From Candidatus Amesbacteria bacterium RIFCSPLOWO2_01_FULL_48_25 (GTDB taxonomy: Bacteria > Patescibacteriota > Microgenomatia > CAZETR01 > Amesbacteraceae), in assembly GCA_001773695.1 (NCBI GenBank), contig MEXN01000005.1:3687-67686 (forward strand): DNA of 64,000 nucleotides. Direction: 5' to 3'. Under the pieces are notes generated by a model that saw only the letters and a list, made by a program, of their open reading frames with translations, was not told where the DNA came from and ran no database searches. A program made the position numbers and the translations under genes. Below, piece by piece: positions 1 through 8,930 of this stretch; position 1 is the first letter of the stretch, and each line of letters opens with the position of its first letter.

Positions 1-79
1 GCGACCTGTTTGACGGTGTAGGTTTTGGGCATCGGCAGTTTTTACAAGTTTGTGAGGCTAAATTTACAAGTTCTTACAA

Positions 80-985
80 GTGTGTAAAACCAGTGTGAAG
101 CCTTTTTATATATGTGTCAATAGCCTTTTGGAGATGGCTTTGGTAAGCTGGATTAAGATGGGAATAAAAAAGGGCCTAGAGATACCTTGGTTGGAGGGGG
201 TGAAACCCCGGGTAAAAGAGGTGTTCTATTTAGGGAGTTGGCGGGAGGAAGTGTTTACCAAGTGTGTGGCAGTGGTGGGTAGCCGGCGGATGACCCAGTA
301 TGGAGAGAGGGTGGTGGAGAAACTGGTGCCGGGGTTGGTGGATCAGGGATACACAATTGTGTCGGGGTTCATGTATGGGGTGGATCAGGCGGCCCATAGG
401 ATGACTGTGGCCTGTGGAGGTAGAACTGTGGCAGTTTTGGGATGGGGAATAAGTTACCCAATGTCTAATGACGAATGTCTAATGTCTAATAAAATTGTTG
501 ATTCTGGAGGGCTGATTATCTCGGAGTGGGAGAAGCAGGAGCCGATGTTGTGGACGTTTCCTCTAAGAAACCGGATTGTGGCGGCGATGGTGTCGGACAT
601 TTATGTGGTGGAGGCGGCTTCTGTCTCCGGAGCGTTGATTACCGTGGGGTGGGGAAGAAAGTTGGGGAAAAAGATTTGGGCTGTGCCGGGACCGGTGACA
701 AGCAAAGTGTCTGAGGGAACGAACAAGTTAATAGCCGATGGGCTGGCGAAGATGTGGGTGCCAAATGAGAATAAAAGAGCGGGAGAGTTTAAGAGTATAA
801 GTGGAGGTACTAACATAGGTGATTTATATACTGTGTTGCAGAATGATGCATTGACAATTGATGAGCTGGTGAGAAAGACGAGAAAGAGTGCCCAGGAGGT
901 GGGAGCTGCGCTTACTATGATGACCTTGAGAGGAGAAGTGAGTGAGAGGGAGGGAAAGTATTATATCAATGACCAGTTGACCTAA
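80..985 (+). CDS. dprA: DNA-processing protein A (DprA/Smf), Rossmann-like DprA domain plus C-terminal winged helix; true start is probably an internal Met (~137-161)
   Basis: ORF translation contains the DprA core 'VVGSRRMTQYGERVV...GYTIVSGFMYGVDQAAH' and C-terminal wHTH-like tail; long ORF with coding periodicity. Confidence 0.8.
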   Translation: MCKTSVKPFYICVNSLLEMALVSWIKMGIKKGLEIPWLEGVKPRVKEVFYLGSWREEVFTKCVAVVGSRRMTQYGERVVEKLVPGLVDQGYTIVSGFMYGVDQAAHRMTVACGGRTVAVLGWGISYPMSNDECLMSNKIVDSGGLIISEWEKQEPMLWTFPLRNRIVAAMVSDIYVVEAASVSGALITVGWGRKLGKKIWAVPGPVTSKVSEGTNKLIADGLAKMWVPNENKRAGEFKSISGGTNIGDLYTVLQNDALTIDELVRKTRKSAQEVGAALTMMTLRGEVSEREGKYYINDQLT

Positions 986-1013
986 TTGATCTAATTGACA
1001 TACTATAATAGTA

Positions 1014-1394
1014 GTGGGATCGAAAACAAGAGTTTTGATTGTTGACGATGATGGGGATTTTTGTGATTTTTACAAGCGGATATTGGAAGAAGAGGGGTAT
1101 GAGGTAGAAGTGGCCGGGGATGGACATGAGGGATTGGCGAAAGCACTGGCCGGGGGGTACAGGCTGATTTTACTGGATATCAGGATGCCGGGAATGGATG
1201 GAATGGAAGTGTTGAAGCAACTGCATGAGGGTGTGCCGAAAAGGGAAAATGGGAAGGTTGTGATGATGACGAGCTATGCTGATTCGGATATGTCTACGGG
1301 GGCGCGGATGATGGGGGCAGCAGGATATGTGATGAAGGTGAGCGGAGCCGACCCCGGTCAGTTTGTGAAGATGGTTAAGGGTTATTTGGAATGA
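1014..1394 (+). CDS. stand-alone CheY-like response-regulator receiver domain protein
   Basis: 'RVLIVDDDGDF...LILLDIRMPGMDGMEVLKQL' receiver signature (phospho-acceptor Asp in LDIRMPG context); no output domain. Confidence 0.75.
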   Translation: MGSKTRVLIVDDDGDFCDFYKRILEEEGYEVEVAGDGHEGLAKALAGGYRLILLDIRMPGMDGMEVLKQLHEGVPKRENGKVVMMTSYADSDMSTGARMMGAAGYVMKVSGADPGQFVKMVKGYLE

Positions 1395-1416
1395 GACCGT
1401 GTAATATGTGAGTTAA

Positions 1417-1515
1417 TGCTGGTGAAGGTGGGGAGTGTAGCTAATGTGGGATTGCAAAGCTTTGGGGTGGATGTGGAGGTGTCGGAAGGTGTCGAGAGGG
1501 GGGATATTATGTGAA
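1417..1515 (+). pseudogene. truncated duplicate of the 5' end of comM (first ~22 codons: MLVKVGSVANVGLQSFGVDVEV...), then diverges and terminates
   Basis: nt 1441-1480 are identical to 2551-2590 (start of intact comM at 2523); upstream 25 nt similar but diverged; reading frame stops after 32 codons. Confidence 0.55.
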
Positions 1516-1857
1516 CGACCAATGGCCAGCATTGGTAGGATTAATGGAAACTATTCTTCAGGCAGGTCTACAGATATTACTTTGAAGAGTTCCCCAGTGG
1601 TTCGTATGGGACATTTGTCGCAGACTCGATATAATGGGGTTCCCGGGCACTTGAACAGGATTTTTGCTTCCGGTGAGGTGGGCCAGCCGACGGCTACATT
1701 ACTGATAGGTTTTTTAGACCTAAGGTCGGGACAAAGTTTGGGGGCAAGGGTTGAGAGGATCCACAGCCTTGCCAGTTCGAGAAGCGGTTTGAACCCAGCG
1801 GGGTCGAGTAAAACATACTCCTTTTCTTGCAGTGACATACTATAAGGTATTTTACGG

Positions 1858-1875
1858 GTTGTTGTTGTTGTTGTT
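1858..1875. repeat. (GTT)6 trinucleotide microsatellite
   Basis: gttgttgttgttgttgtc seen directly; generates the 'MTTTTTTT' start of an antisense ORF. Confidence 0.9.
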
Positions 1876-1898
1876 GTCAAGGTTTACAATAGTCGGGT

Positions 1899-2180
1899 AT
1901 GGGGACGGATCAGATTATCAGTGCGATTAAGCCGGTGCTTTTGAAGCACGGGGTGATGAAGGCGGAGCTGTTTGGATCGGCGGCTCGGGGTGAGATGGGT
2001 CCAGGCAGTGATGTTGATGTGCTGGTCGAGTTGCCCAAAAAAACTGGTCTTTTGGATTTAATAAGATTACGTAGAGATTTGAAGACCCGGCTGGAGAGGA
2101 ATGTGGATGTGGTTACGTATCGGGCCTTGAATTCGCGGCTGATTCCTTATGTGATGGCTGACACAATGAGAGTAATATGA
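1899..2180 (+). CDS. mntA: minimal nucleotidyltransferase (MNT/MntA-like antitoxin)
   Basis: 'GSAARGEMGPGSDVDVLVE' = GS-X9-DxD nucleotidyltransferase motif; 93 aa; overlaps next gene by 4 nt (ATGA). Confidence 0.8.
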   Translation: MGTDQIISAIKPVLLKHGVMKAELFGSAARGEMGPGSDVDVLVELPKKTGLLDLIRLRRDLKTRLERNVDVVTYRALNSRLIPYVMADTMRVI

Positions 2181-2533
2181 AGAGGAGAGATCCCGATGTC
2201 TATTTGGGGCATATTGAAGATGCTATTCGAGATGTGAACCAGTATTTAGGTGACTATACTTGGGAGGAGTTTTTGGATGACGGCAAGACTCAAGATGCTG
2301 TCATGAGGAAGTTGGAGGTAATAGGAGAGGCGGTGAAAAATTTTCCCGAGGAGTTTCTTGAAAAATGGCCTGATGTTCCCTGGAGAGACATTGCGGACTT
2401 CCGCAATGTCTTGATTCACGAGTATTTCGATGTGGATTTGGAAGAGGTGTGGAACACGGTGAAAAACGACTTACCGGTTTTGGGGGAGAGGATTAGGGGA
2501 GTTCGGGAGAAGATTAAAAAAGATGCTGGTTAA
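2177..2533 (+). CDS. hepT: HepT-like HEPN toxin (DUF86)
   Basis: 'FRNVLIHEY' R-X4-HxY HEPN motif; translationally coupled to upstream MNT gene; 3' end overlaps comM start. Confidence 0.8.
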   Translation: MKRRDPDVYLGHIEDAIRDVNQYLGDYTWEEFLDDGKTQDAVMRKLEVIGEAVKNFPEEFLEKWPDVPWRDIADFRNVLIHEYFDVDLEEVWNTVKNDLPVLGERIRGVREKIKKDAG

Positions 2534-4067
2534 AGTTAGGTCGGTGGCGAATGTGGGATTGCAAAGCTTTGGGGTGGATGTGGAGGTGGATGTGGCGGAA
2601 GCCGGATTTCCTGGATTTAATATAGTAGGCTTGGCTGGTAAGGCAGTGGAGGAAGCGCGAGAGCGGGTAAAGACAGCGATTGTCAATTCCGGCCTGGATT
2701 TTCCGCCAAAAAAAATTACAGTGAATTTGGCCCCGGCTGATTTGCCTAAGGACGGGGGAGCTTATGACTTGCCGATGGCAGTAGGAATACTCGCGGCCAG
2801 CGAGCAAGTCCCAAAACTCAAACCCCAAGACTCAATATTTTATGGTGAATTGTCGTTAGATGGATCATTGCGGGGAACGAAAGGAGTATTGCTCGTTGGA
2901 TTGTTCGCGAAAAAAGGTGATGGTGTTTTTGTTCCCATCGAGTCCGCCAACGAGGCGGCAGTAGTGGAGAATATAAATGTATACCCGGTGAGAAACCTCA
3001 GGGAATTGGTGGACCATTTGAATAACATAAAAGAGATTAAGAGATTGAGTAATTTGGAGATTGGGGAGCTAGTAGACGATGTGTCGGTGGAGTTTGATTT
3101 GGCGGAAGTGGCGGGGCAGGAACAGGCCAAGCGGGCGCTGACGATAGCGGCCGCCGGAGGACACAACTTGTTAATGTGGGGACCTCCGGGGACAGGAAAG
3201 ACGATGTTGGCCCGGGCGATGCCGGGAATACTCCCTCCATTAAATGTGCCGGAGGCGTTGGAGGTGACGAGAATTTATTCGGTCTCCGGCTTGTTGATTG
3301 CCGGAGAATCATTGCTCCGGCGAAGGCCGTTTAGGAGTCCGCATCATGGAATATCTCCGGCGGGAATGGTGGGGGGCGGGAGCAACCCAATGCCAGGAGA
3401 AGTATCACTGGCCCACTTGGGGGTTTTGTTTTTGGATGAGATGGCGGAATTTCCACGGTCGGTGTTGGAGTCTATGCGCCAACCAATGGAAGACGGGGTA
3501 GTGGGGATTGTGCGGGCGACGGCGCATGTTTCTTACCCTGCTAGTTTTACCCTCTTGGCTGCGGTTAACCCTTGCCCGTGCGGATATTTGGGGCATCCCC
3601 GGCGGGAATGTAAATGCACGGATAAAATGATTCGGAAGTATAGGGCAAAGATCTCTGGCCCAATTCTGGACAGAATAGATTTGCATGTGCAGGTGCCGAC
3701 GGTGGAAACAAATAAGTTGACAAGTGATCAGTTATCAGCCCGCCTGCCGGACGGGCAGGTTAATCAGTTAAGTTCAAAAGTTATTAGAGATAAAGTTATT
3801 TTGGCAAGAAAAATACAGGTGGAGAGATTTGGGGATGATGGATTGTATACTAACTCTCAAATGCGCAATAAGCAGGTGAAGAAATATTGTAAGTTGGATG
3901 GGGAGACGCTGAGGATATTGAAGCTGGCGGTGGAGAAATGGGATTTATCGGCGAGGGCGTATTTCCGTTTAATAAAAGTGGCGCGGACAATTGCCGATCT
4001 GGACGAGTCGGAGAATATCGCGGTTAGATATATGGCAGAAGCGCTACAATATAGGCAACTGGTATGA
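2523..4067 (+). CDS. comM: ComM/YifB Mg-chelatase-like AAA+ ATPase (competence-associated)
   Basis: N-terminal Lon-protease-like subdomain, Walker A 'GPPGTGKTMLA', 'VLFLDEMAEF' Walker B, C-terminal Mg-chelatase subunit ChlI-like region. Confidence 0.85.
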   Translation: MLVKVRSVANVGLQSFGVDVEVDVAEAGFPGFNIVGLAGKAVEEARERVKTAIVNSGLDFPPKKITVNLAPADLPKDGGAYDLPMAVGILAASEQVPKLKPQDSIFYGELSLDGSLRGTKGVLLVGLFAKKGDGVFVPIESANEAAVVENINVYPVRNLRELVDHLNNIKEIKRLSNLEIGELVDDVSVEFDLAEVAGQEQAKRALTIAAAGGHNLLMWGPPGTGKTMLARAMPGILPPLNVPEALEVTRIYSVSGLLIAGESLLRRRPFRSPHHGISPAGMVGGGSNPMPGEVSLAHLGVLFLDEMAEFPRSVLESMRQPMEDGVVGIVRATAHVSYPASFTLLAAVNPCPCGYLGHPRRECKCTDKMIRKYRAKISGPILDRIDLHVQVPTVETNKLTSDQLSARLPDGQVNQLSSKVIRDKVILARKIQVERFGDDGLYTNSQMRNKQVKKYCKLDGETLRILKLAVEKWDLSARAYFRLIKVARTIADLDESENIAVRYMAEALQYRQLV

Positions 4068-5752
4068 AGAAATTGGCTCTAGTGATCTGGTTGGCGCTGG
4101 TCTTGCCGACTAAGGTGGGGGCACAAGAATATGAGGTAACCAGTTTTTCTAGCAGGATTGAAATATTGAGGAACACGGATTTGCGTATTACGGAGACGAT
4201 AGAGGCTAATTTTAATATTCCCAAGCACGGAATTTTTAGATACATTCCAAGTAAATATAAAGTGGAGGGCAAGACTTGGGATACGCACTTGCGAGTAGAG
4301 CGGGTAAACGAGAGATACACTTTGACTCATGAGGGAAATAACGTAGTTATAAAAATTGGGGATCCCAATGTGACTTCGACAGGGCCAAAAACGTACGAGA
4401 TTACTTATGTAGTTGAGAATATGGTGCTGGATTTTTCTAACCATGATGAAGTGTATTGGAACGTAACCGGAGCCGATTGGGATACAACAATTGACAAGGC
4501 GAGTGTTCAGGTGGTTACCCCGTGGGCTAAGATAATTAAATCTGACTGTTTTGCCGGAGTAAGCGGGACGAGCGATAGAAGTTGTCGAACGGTTGGGGAC
4601 AGCTGGACGGCCGGGGGATTGGGGGAGGGAAAGGAGATGACGATTGTGGTGGGACTAGACAAGGAAAATCTACTGGAATGGCCTGGGTGGTGGGACAGAA
4701 ACTGGCGGGAAATAGGGAAATATTTGCTGAGTTTAGCTCCGGCTTTAATTATGGGAAGTATTTGGTATGTCCGAGGGAGAGATTTAAAGTATATAGGAAG
4801 TAACGTTTATGTTAAACAGGAGGCGGCAATAGTTCGGAAGACTGGTGTGGGGGAGAGGGAACATTTGCCATTGGTGTATTCACCGATTGCCGGTTTAACT
4901 CCGGCGGAAGTGGGGACGATTATCGACCAGCGGGTAGATCTGGCTGATGTGACGGCGGAAATTTTGGAATTGGCCAGGTTGGGCTATGTCAAAATTAAAA
5001 AAGTCGATAAAGATTATTTGTTTGAGCGGACGGATAAAAATGATGAAGCTTTGAAAGACTTTCAGAAGTCACTGTTAACAAATATTACTGATTCTGTCCG
5101 GTTTGCTCCGGATGTGGGGAGTACTAGCAGACAAACTTCGCTTGCCAAGATGAAGCAGAAATTTAGCAAGTCCCTAGACGAGTTTAAAGATAAATTGTAT
5201 GAGCATTTGGCAAGTGCGCGGATATTTGACGGGAGGCCGGATAATATCCGAAGGATTGTGGTGGGAATAGGAGCGTTTGCGGGTTGGATGACAATTGGGA
5301 TATTTGGCGCGGTAGTTTTGGCGCAAGGGCCGTGGGGAGTGGTTCTTTTGGTCTCATCGGCAATTGCCGGAGTATTTGCTTATCAGCTGCCAAGACGGAC
5401 GGCGTGGGGACATTCGTTGTATAGGCAAACGGTGGGACTCAAGTACTTTTTGGGTAAGGGGAAATGGCGGTATGAAGTTGCGGAGAAATATTTGTTTTTG
5501 GAGGAAGTATTTCCGCTGGCGGTATCTTTGGGGGTAGTGTCTAAACTGGTTTCTGATATGAAGGGACTGGGCCTGGCGGCTCCGGAGTATGTGGGTGGCT
5601 TTGGTGGAAACATTGGGAGTTTCCATAGCCAGATAAGCTCGACTCTGCCGTCTGTGAAATCGGGCGGAAGTGGCGGGTGGAGCGGGGGGTCGGGATTTTC
5701 CGGCGGGTCTTCCGGCGGCGGGGGAGGCGGTGGAGGGGGAGGGAGCTGGTGA
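4064..5752 (+). CDS. DUF2207-family membrane protein with signal peptide, internal TM segments and Gly-rich C-terminal tail
   Basis: N-terminal signal 'MKKLALVIWLALVLP', extracellular beta-rich N-domain, two TM helices mid-protein, C-terminal 'GGSGGWSGGSGFSGGSSGGGGGGGGGG'; start overlaps comM stop (ATGA). Confidence 0.65.
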   Translation: MKKLALVIWLALVLPTKVGAQEYEVTSFSSRIEILRNTDLRITETIEANFNIPKHGIFRYIPSKYKVEGKTWDTHLRVERVNERYTLTHEGNNVVIKIGDPNVTSTGPKTYEITYVVENMVLDFSNHDEVYWNVTGADWDTTIDKASVQVVTPWAKIIKSDCFAGVSGTSDRSCRTVGDSWTAGGLGEGKEMTIVVGLDKENLLEWPGWWDRNWREIGKYLLSLAPALIMGSIWYVRGRDLKYIGSNVYVKQEAAIVRKTGVGEREHLPLVYSPIAGLTPAEVGTIIDQRVDLADVTAEILELARLGYVKIKKVDKDYLFERTDKNDEALKDFQKSLLTNITDSVRFAPDVGSTSRQTSLAKMKQKFSKSLDEFKDKLYEHLASARIFDGRPDNIRRIVVGIGAFAGWMTIGIFGAVVLAQGPWGVVLLVSSAIAGVFAYQLPRRTAWGHSLYRQTVGLKYFLGKGKWRYEVAEKYLFLEEVFPLAVSLGVVSKLVSDMKGLGLAAPEYVGGFGGNIGSFHSQISSTLPSVKSGGSGGWSGGSGFSGGSSGGGGGGGGGGSW

Positions 5753-5753
5753 T

Positions 5754-5972
5754 ATGTCTGAAAAAGCAACACTCGATATAATTTGTTGCAGTGAAAGAGA
5801 GGCTTTGCCGTTGGATGGGGAAGCTTTGAAAAAGGATTATTGCGAGTATGAAGATATTTGTCCGCTGGGAGAACTGAGAATGCAGCTGAGGGTGGCCAAA
5901 GGGGTGCTGGCTCGGGCGATATGCGTGTGCGGAACCGATGAAGTGGGACTAGTGAGATATGAAAAAACTTAA
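5754..5972 (+). CDS. small Cys-rich hypothetical protein (72 aa), possibly co-transcribed with yraN
   Basis: ORF starts 2 nt after DUF2207 stop, 6 Cys residues, overlaps yraN start by 14 nt; not independently supported. Confidence 0.3.
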   Translation: MSEKATLDIICCSEREALPLDGEALKKDYCEYEDICPLGELRMQLRVAKGVLARAICVCGTDEVGLVRYEKT

Positions 5973-6315
5973 CCGGGAGATTGGTAGGATCGGTGAACTA
6001 GCAGCTGAGGAATTTTTGGTAAAAAAGGGATTAGAAGTGGTTTTGAGAAATTTTAGTACTCGATTCGGGGAAATAGATTTGATAATGAATGATAAGAGCG
6101 TATTGGTGTTTGTGGAGGTAAAAGCTAAAAAGGGACTGGTTTTTGGGTCACCGGAGGAAATGTTTACTCGGGGGAAGTACAACAAGGTAAAACGAATGGC
6201 GACGGTGTATTTAAAGGGCCGGGACGTGCTCTGTAGAATTGATATGGTGGCGGTGGTTTTGAACGAATCAAACCAACCAGTTTCTGTAAAGCACTATGAG
6301 AATGTGGTGATGTAA
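5959..6315 (+). CDS. yraN: YraN-family (UPF0102) predicted endonuclease
   Basis: 'GEIDLIM...VFVEVKAK' PD-(D/E)xK-like core typical of UPF0102. Confidence 0.7.
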   Translation: MKKLNREIGRIGELAAEEFLVKKGLEVVLRNFSTRFGEIDLIMNDKSVLVFVEVKAKKGLVFGSPEEMFTRGKYNKVKRMATVYLKGRDVLCRIDMVAVVLNESNQPVSVKHYENVVM

Positions 6316-6317
6316 CT

Positions 6318-6596
6318 TTAGGTTTTGGGTCTTTTTGAGTATTCGGCGGCGAATTCGTCGAGCTTAGTTCCGTAGGGATTCTTTTTCTCTTTGGCGTGAA
6401 ATTCGCCAAGTATTCCAGCCACCAGAGTGTCGAGTATTTTAAGTCCGATTGACCTGTCTCTACTAGGGCTGAATAAATCTGGTTCCAGTTCGGTTGCGGC
6501 TAATTCGGCTGCTCTCGTTTCTAGATTACCTAATCCTCTGGCATCGGAAAGATGAAGGACGCGGCCCCAAGCTTGGAGAAACTCGGCGAGTGACAT
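6318..6596 (-). CDS. hypothetical protein (92 aa) downstream of rplK; not rplA
   Basis: ORF abuts rplK stop; no recognisable L1 motifs. Confidence 0.3.
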   Translation of the reverse strand: MSLAEFLQAWGRVLHLSDARGLGNLETRAAELAATELEPDLFSPSRDRSIGLKILDTLVAGILGEFHAKEKKNPYGTKLDEFAAEYSKRPKT

Positions 6597-7021
6597 TAAA
6601 TTACTTTTATCCCCATGGAGCGGGCAGTACCCATGACCGTTTTGAGGGCACTATCTAACGAGTCGGTGTTTAGATCGGCCAGTTTTTGGGCGGCGATGTC
6701 GCGGGCTTGGTCCATCGTAAGGGAGCCTGCGGTTTCGCGGCCGGGTTTTTGGGAAGCGATTTTGAGGCCAAGGGTTTTTTTGATTATGGCGGAGACGGGG
6801 GGGAGCTTGGTGATGAAAGTGAATGACCGGTCCTCATAGACGGTGATGACTGCCGGGATGATGTTGCCTTTTTGGTCACGGGTTTTGTCGTTGTAGGCTT
6901 TGACGAAGTCCATGATGGGTAACCCGTGCTGGCCCAAAGCTGGGCCGACGGGAGGGGCGGGGGTAGCCTCGCCTGCCGGGAGATTTAGTTTGACGACGAC
7001 CTTGATCTTTTTCGGGGCCAT
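6596..7021 (-). CDS. rplK: 50S ribosomal protein L11
   Basis: 'KLNLPAGEATPAPPVGPALGQHGLPIMDFVKAYN' is the canonical L11 N-terminal domain. Confidence 0.9.
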   Translation of the reverse strand: MAPKKIKVVVKLNLPAGEATPAPPVGPALGQHGLPIMDFVKAYNDKTRDQKGNIIPAVITVYEDRSFTFITKLPPVSAIIKKTLGLKIASQKPGRETAGSLTMDQARDIAAQKLADLNTDSLDSALKTVMGTARSMGIKVI

Positions 7022-7665
7022 TATATTTTCTTAACTTGTAAAAAGTCGAGTTCTACTGGGGTTTCGCGGCCGAAAATGGAGACTAAAACCCGGAGTTTTC
7101 CGTGTTCTTCGTCCAGAGATTCGATTGAACCCAAAAAGTCGGTGAACGGGCCATCGGTGATTTTGACGGCCTCGCCGACGGTGAAATTGGTTTTGAATTT
7201 GGCCGCTCCCATTTGGGCAAATTGCATAATGGCGTCGACCTCGGCTTGGGAGAGGGGGGTAGGCTTGTTGCCCATACCGACGAACCCGGTAATGCCTTGG
7301 GTGGTTCTAACGACTAGCCAGGAATCGTCGTCGGCGATCATTTTGACCAAGAGATAGCCGGGGAAAATTTTCTCGCGGACTTGAAACTTTTTGCCGTGTT
7401 TGATGTGAATTTTGTTTTGAGTGGGGATCAAAAGCTCGAAAACCTTATCGGTTTGGCCGAGGGTGGCGACACGTTGGCGGAGGGCGTCGGCGACCCGGGC
7501 CTCGTGACCGGAGTAGGTGTGAACGACGTACCAGTGGACGGAATTGGAATCTGGGACGTTGGAGTTGATGATCATGTGGCCGGGGATGTTTTTGCCCCCT
7601 AGTCCACGCTCGGAGATAGCGGTAGGACTGTCGGTAGTAGTTATTTGATCGTCATGGGGAGTCAT
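7021..7665 (-). CDS. nusG: transcription termination/antitermination factor NusG (with N-terminal extension)
   Basis: NGN domain 'WYVVHTYSGHE', C-terminal KOW 'FTVGEAVKITDGPF'; stop/start juxtaposed with rplK (ATAATG overlap). Confidence 0.9.
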   Translation of the reverse strand: MTPHDDQITTTDSPTAISERGLGGKNIPGHMIINSNVPDSNSVHWYVVHTYSGHEARVADALRQRVATLGQTDKVFELLIPTQNKIHIKHGKKFQVREKIFPGYLLVKMIADDDSWLVVRTTQGITGFVGMGNKPTPLSQAEVDAIMQFAQMGAAKFKTNFTVGEAVKITDGPFTDFLGSIESLDEEHGKLRVLVSIFGRETPVELDFLQVKKI

Positions 7666-7670
7666 AGGGG

Positions 7671-7850
7671 TTATTTGAAGATTAGAGATAAGGATTTGGT
7701 GAAAGTTAGATCCAGGGCGCCGATGTAGGCGCCGACGAGCAGGGAAATAGCTATGACGATAACTGTGAGTTTGGCGGTTTCGTCGCGGCTTGGCCAGCGG
7801 ACTTGTTTGAGCTCGGACAGCGTGTCACGCAGATATGCGATAGGGTTCAT
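7671..7850 (-). CDS. secE: preprotein translocase subunit SecE (59 aa; below ORF-track size cutoff)
   Basis: my translation of minus strand: MNPIAYLRDTLSELKQVRWPSRDETAKLTVIVIAISLLVGAYIGALDLTF...; canonical 'VRWPSR' + single TM; secE-nusG-rplK order is universally conserved. Confidence 0.7.
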   Translation of the reverse strand: MNPIAYLRDTLSELKQVRWPSRDETAKLTVIVIAISLLVGAYIGALDLTFTKSLSLIFK

Positions 7851-7884
7851 ACAAAAAAAGAGTCTTCTCGACTCGTGTCAAGTA

Positions 7885-8907
7885 TTATATATGATTTATG
7901 AGTTTTTTCAAGATGGGGGCGAGGAGATGGGGGTCGTGGCGGATGCGATTGAGATGGCTGGTGACTGAAAAGATTGGGGCAGAGATGACTAAAACATCAG
8001 ATTTTTTTAGTGGTGTGAGCAGTCCTGGGTTCCAGCCTAGGAAGTGAGAGTGCTCATGAGAGTAATTTTGGGCTACTTTGGGATATTTAGCTTCGAACTG
8101 AGACTCGCTGAGATGAGGAACTATTATGGTATCAAAAGGGCTAGGTGTCCTGGAGTAAGTTTGAAAAACTTTTTGAAAGTCGATTGGAGAGAATTTGTGG
8201 GTTTGGTTGCGGGTTGAGACCAAGTTGGTGATGAGGATTTTATGGGCCCGGGATTTTTTTAGGGCAAGAGATATTCCTTTTGGGAGAAGGTTGGCTATGA
8301 CCGAGCCGTAGATACTGCCTGGGCAGAAAATGATGTGGGTGGCGTCAGTGAGCGCCGTGAGAGCTTGTGGAGTAGCGGGTACTTGGGGATTGAGCCAGAT
8401 AGAAAAAATGGAGTCGGTGGACATGGAGTGACGATCAAGCTCGTGTTCACCACGGAACTCGGAACCGGATATAGTAGAGAAGCAAATGGTGGTTGGGGAG
8501 AGAGTGATGGGGATGGCGGCTCCGGAAAATTTTAAGGAAAGTAGGTTTTCTAGATGCTTTTGGACTTGGAGAAAATCGCCGGAGTATTTTTCCAAAAGAG
8601 CATAATAAAGGGTGTAGCCAAGGTTTCTATTGCGGCCATCGGTGTAAGTGACCAGATCGGTGAAGGCTTGGATCTGGGGGAGGTTTTGATAGCTTGGGGA
8701 AATAAGGGCTAAAAGATTGCGCATCAGATCGCTGACGGCAATCACCTGGTCTCTCTCGTCTGATCTGATAGTGCCCGTTTTGCCGCCGGAGTCCATAGAG
8801 GCGGAAATGGCATTAATGTTATTAAAGCCGGCCAGGGTCAGGGCTCTGACTACTGTCGGAGCTCCGGTTCCGCCACCAATGGTAACAATGCGGGGTTGAG
8901 ATTTCAT
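7885..8907 (-). CDS. YvcK/CofD-family (UPF0052, gluconeogenesis factor / 2-phospho-L-lactate transferase-like) protein
   Basis: N-terminal 'IVTIGGGTGAPTVVRAL' Rossmann-like P-loop and 'SASMDSGGKTG' characteristic of UPF0052. Confidence 0.65.
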   Translation of the reverse strand: MKSQPRIVTIGGGTGAPTVVRALTLAGFNNINAISASMDSGGKTGTIRSDERDQVIAVSDLMRNLLALISPSYQNLPQIQAFTDLVTYTDGRNRNLGYTLYYALLEKYSGDFLQVQKHLENLLSLKFSGAAIPITLSPTTICFSTISGSEFRGEHELDRHSMSTDSIFSIWLNPQVPATPQALTALTDATHIIFCPGSIYGSVIANLLPKGISLALKKSRAHKILITNLVSTRNQTHKFSPIDFQKVFQTYSRTPSPFDTIIVPHLSESQFEAKYPKVAQNYSHEHSHFLGWNPGLLTPLKKSDVLVISAPIFSVTSHLNRIRHDPHLLAPILKKLINHI

Positions 8908-8930
8908 TCTTGGCGACTTAGTATACCAGT

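Noticed and set aside
526-816. ORFs 526..714(+) and 601..816(-) inside dprA
   Set aside because: Fully nested in, or antisense to, the well-supported dprA frame. Gly/Pro-rich translations typical of out-of-frame reading of coding DNA.
1444-1880. ORFs 1444..1845(+) and 1551..1880(-) between the comM fragment and the MNT gene
   Set aside because: Mutually overlapping. The plus-strand one begins inside the duplicated comM fragment. The minus-strand one starts in the (GTT)6 microsatellite (MTTTTTTT). Neither has recognisable motifs. Treated as probable non-coding insertion filler, possibly a decayed gene.
5715-5750. poly-G / GGN tract at end of DUF2207 gene
   Set aside because: Simply encodes the Gly-rich C-terminal tail (GGGGGGGGGGSW). 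Not a separate repeat element, though it could be a slippage-prone tract.
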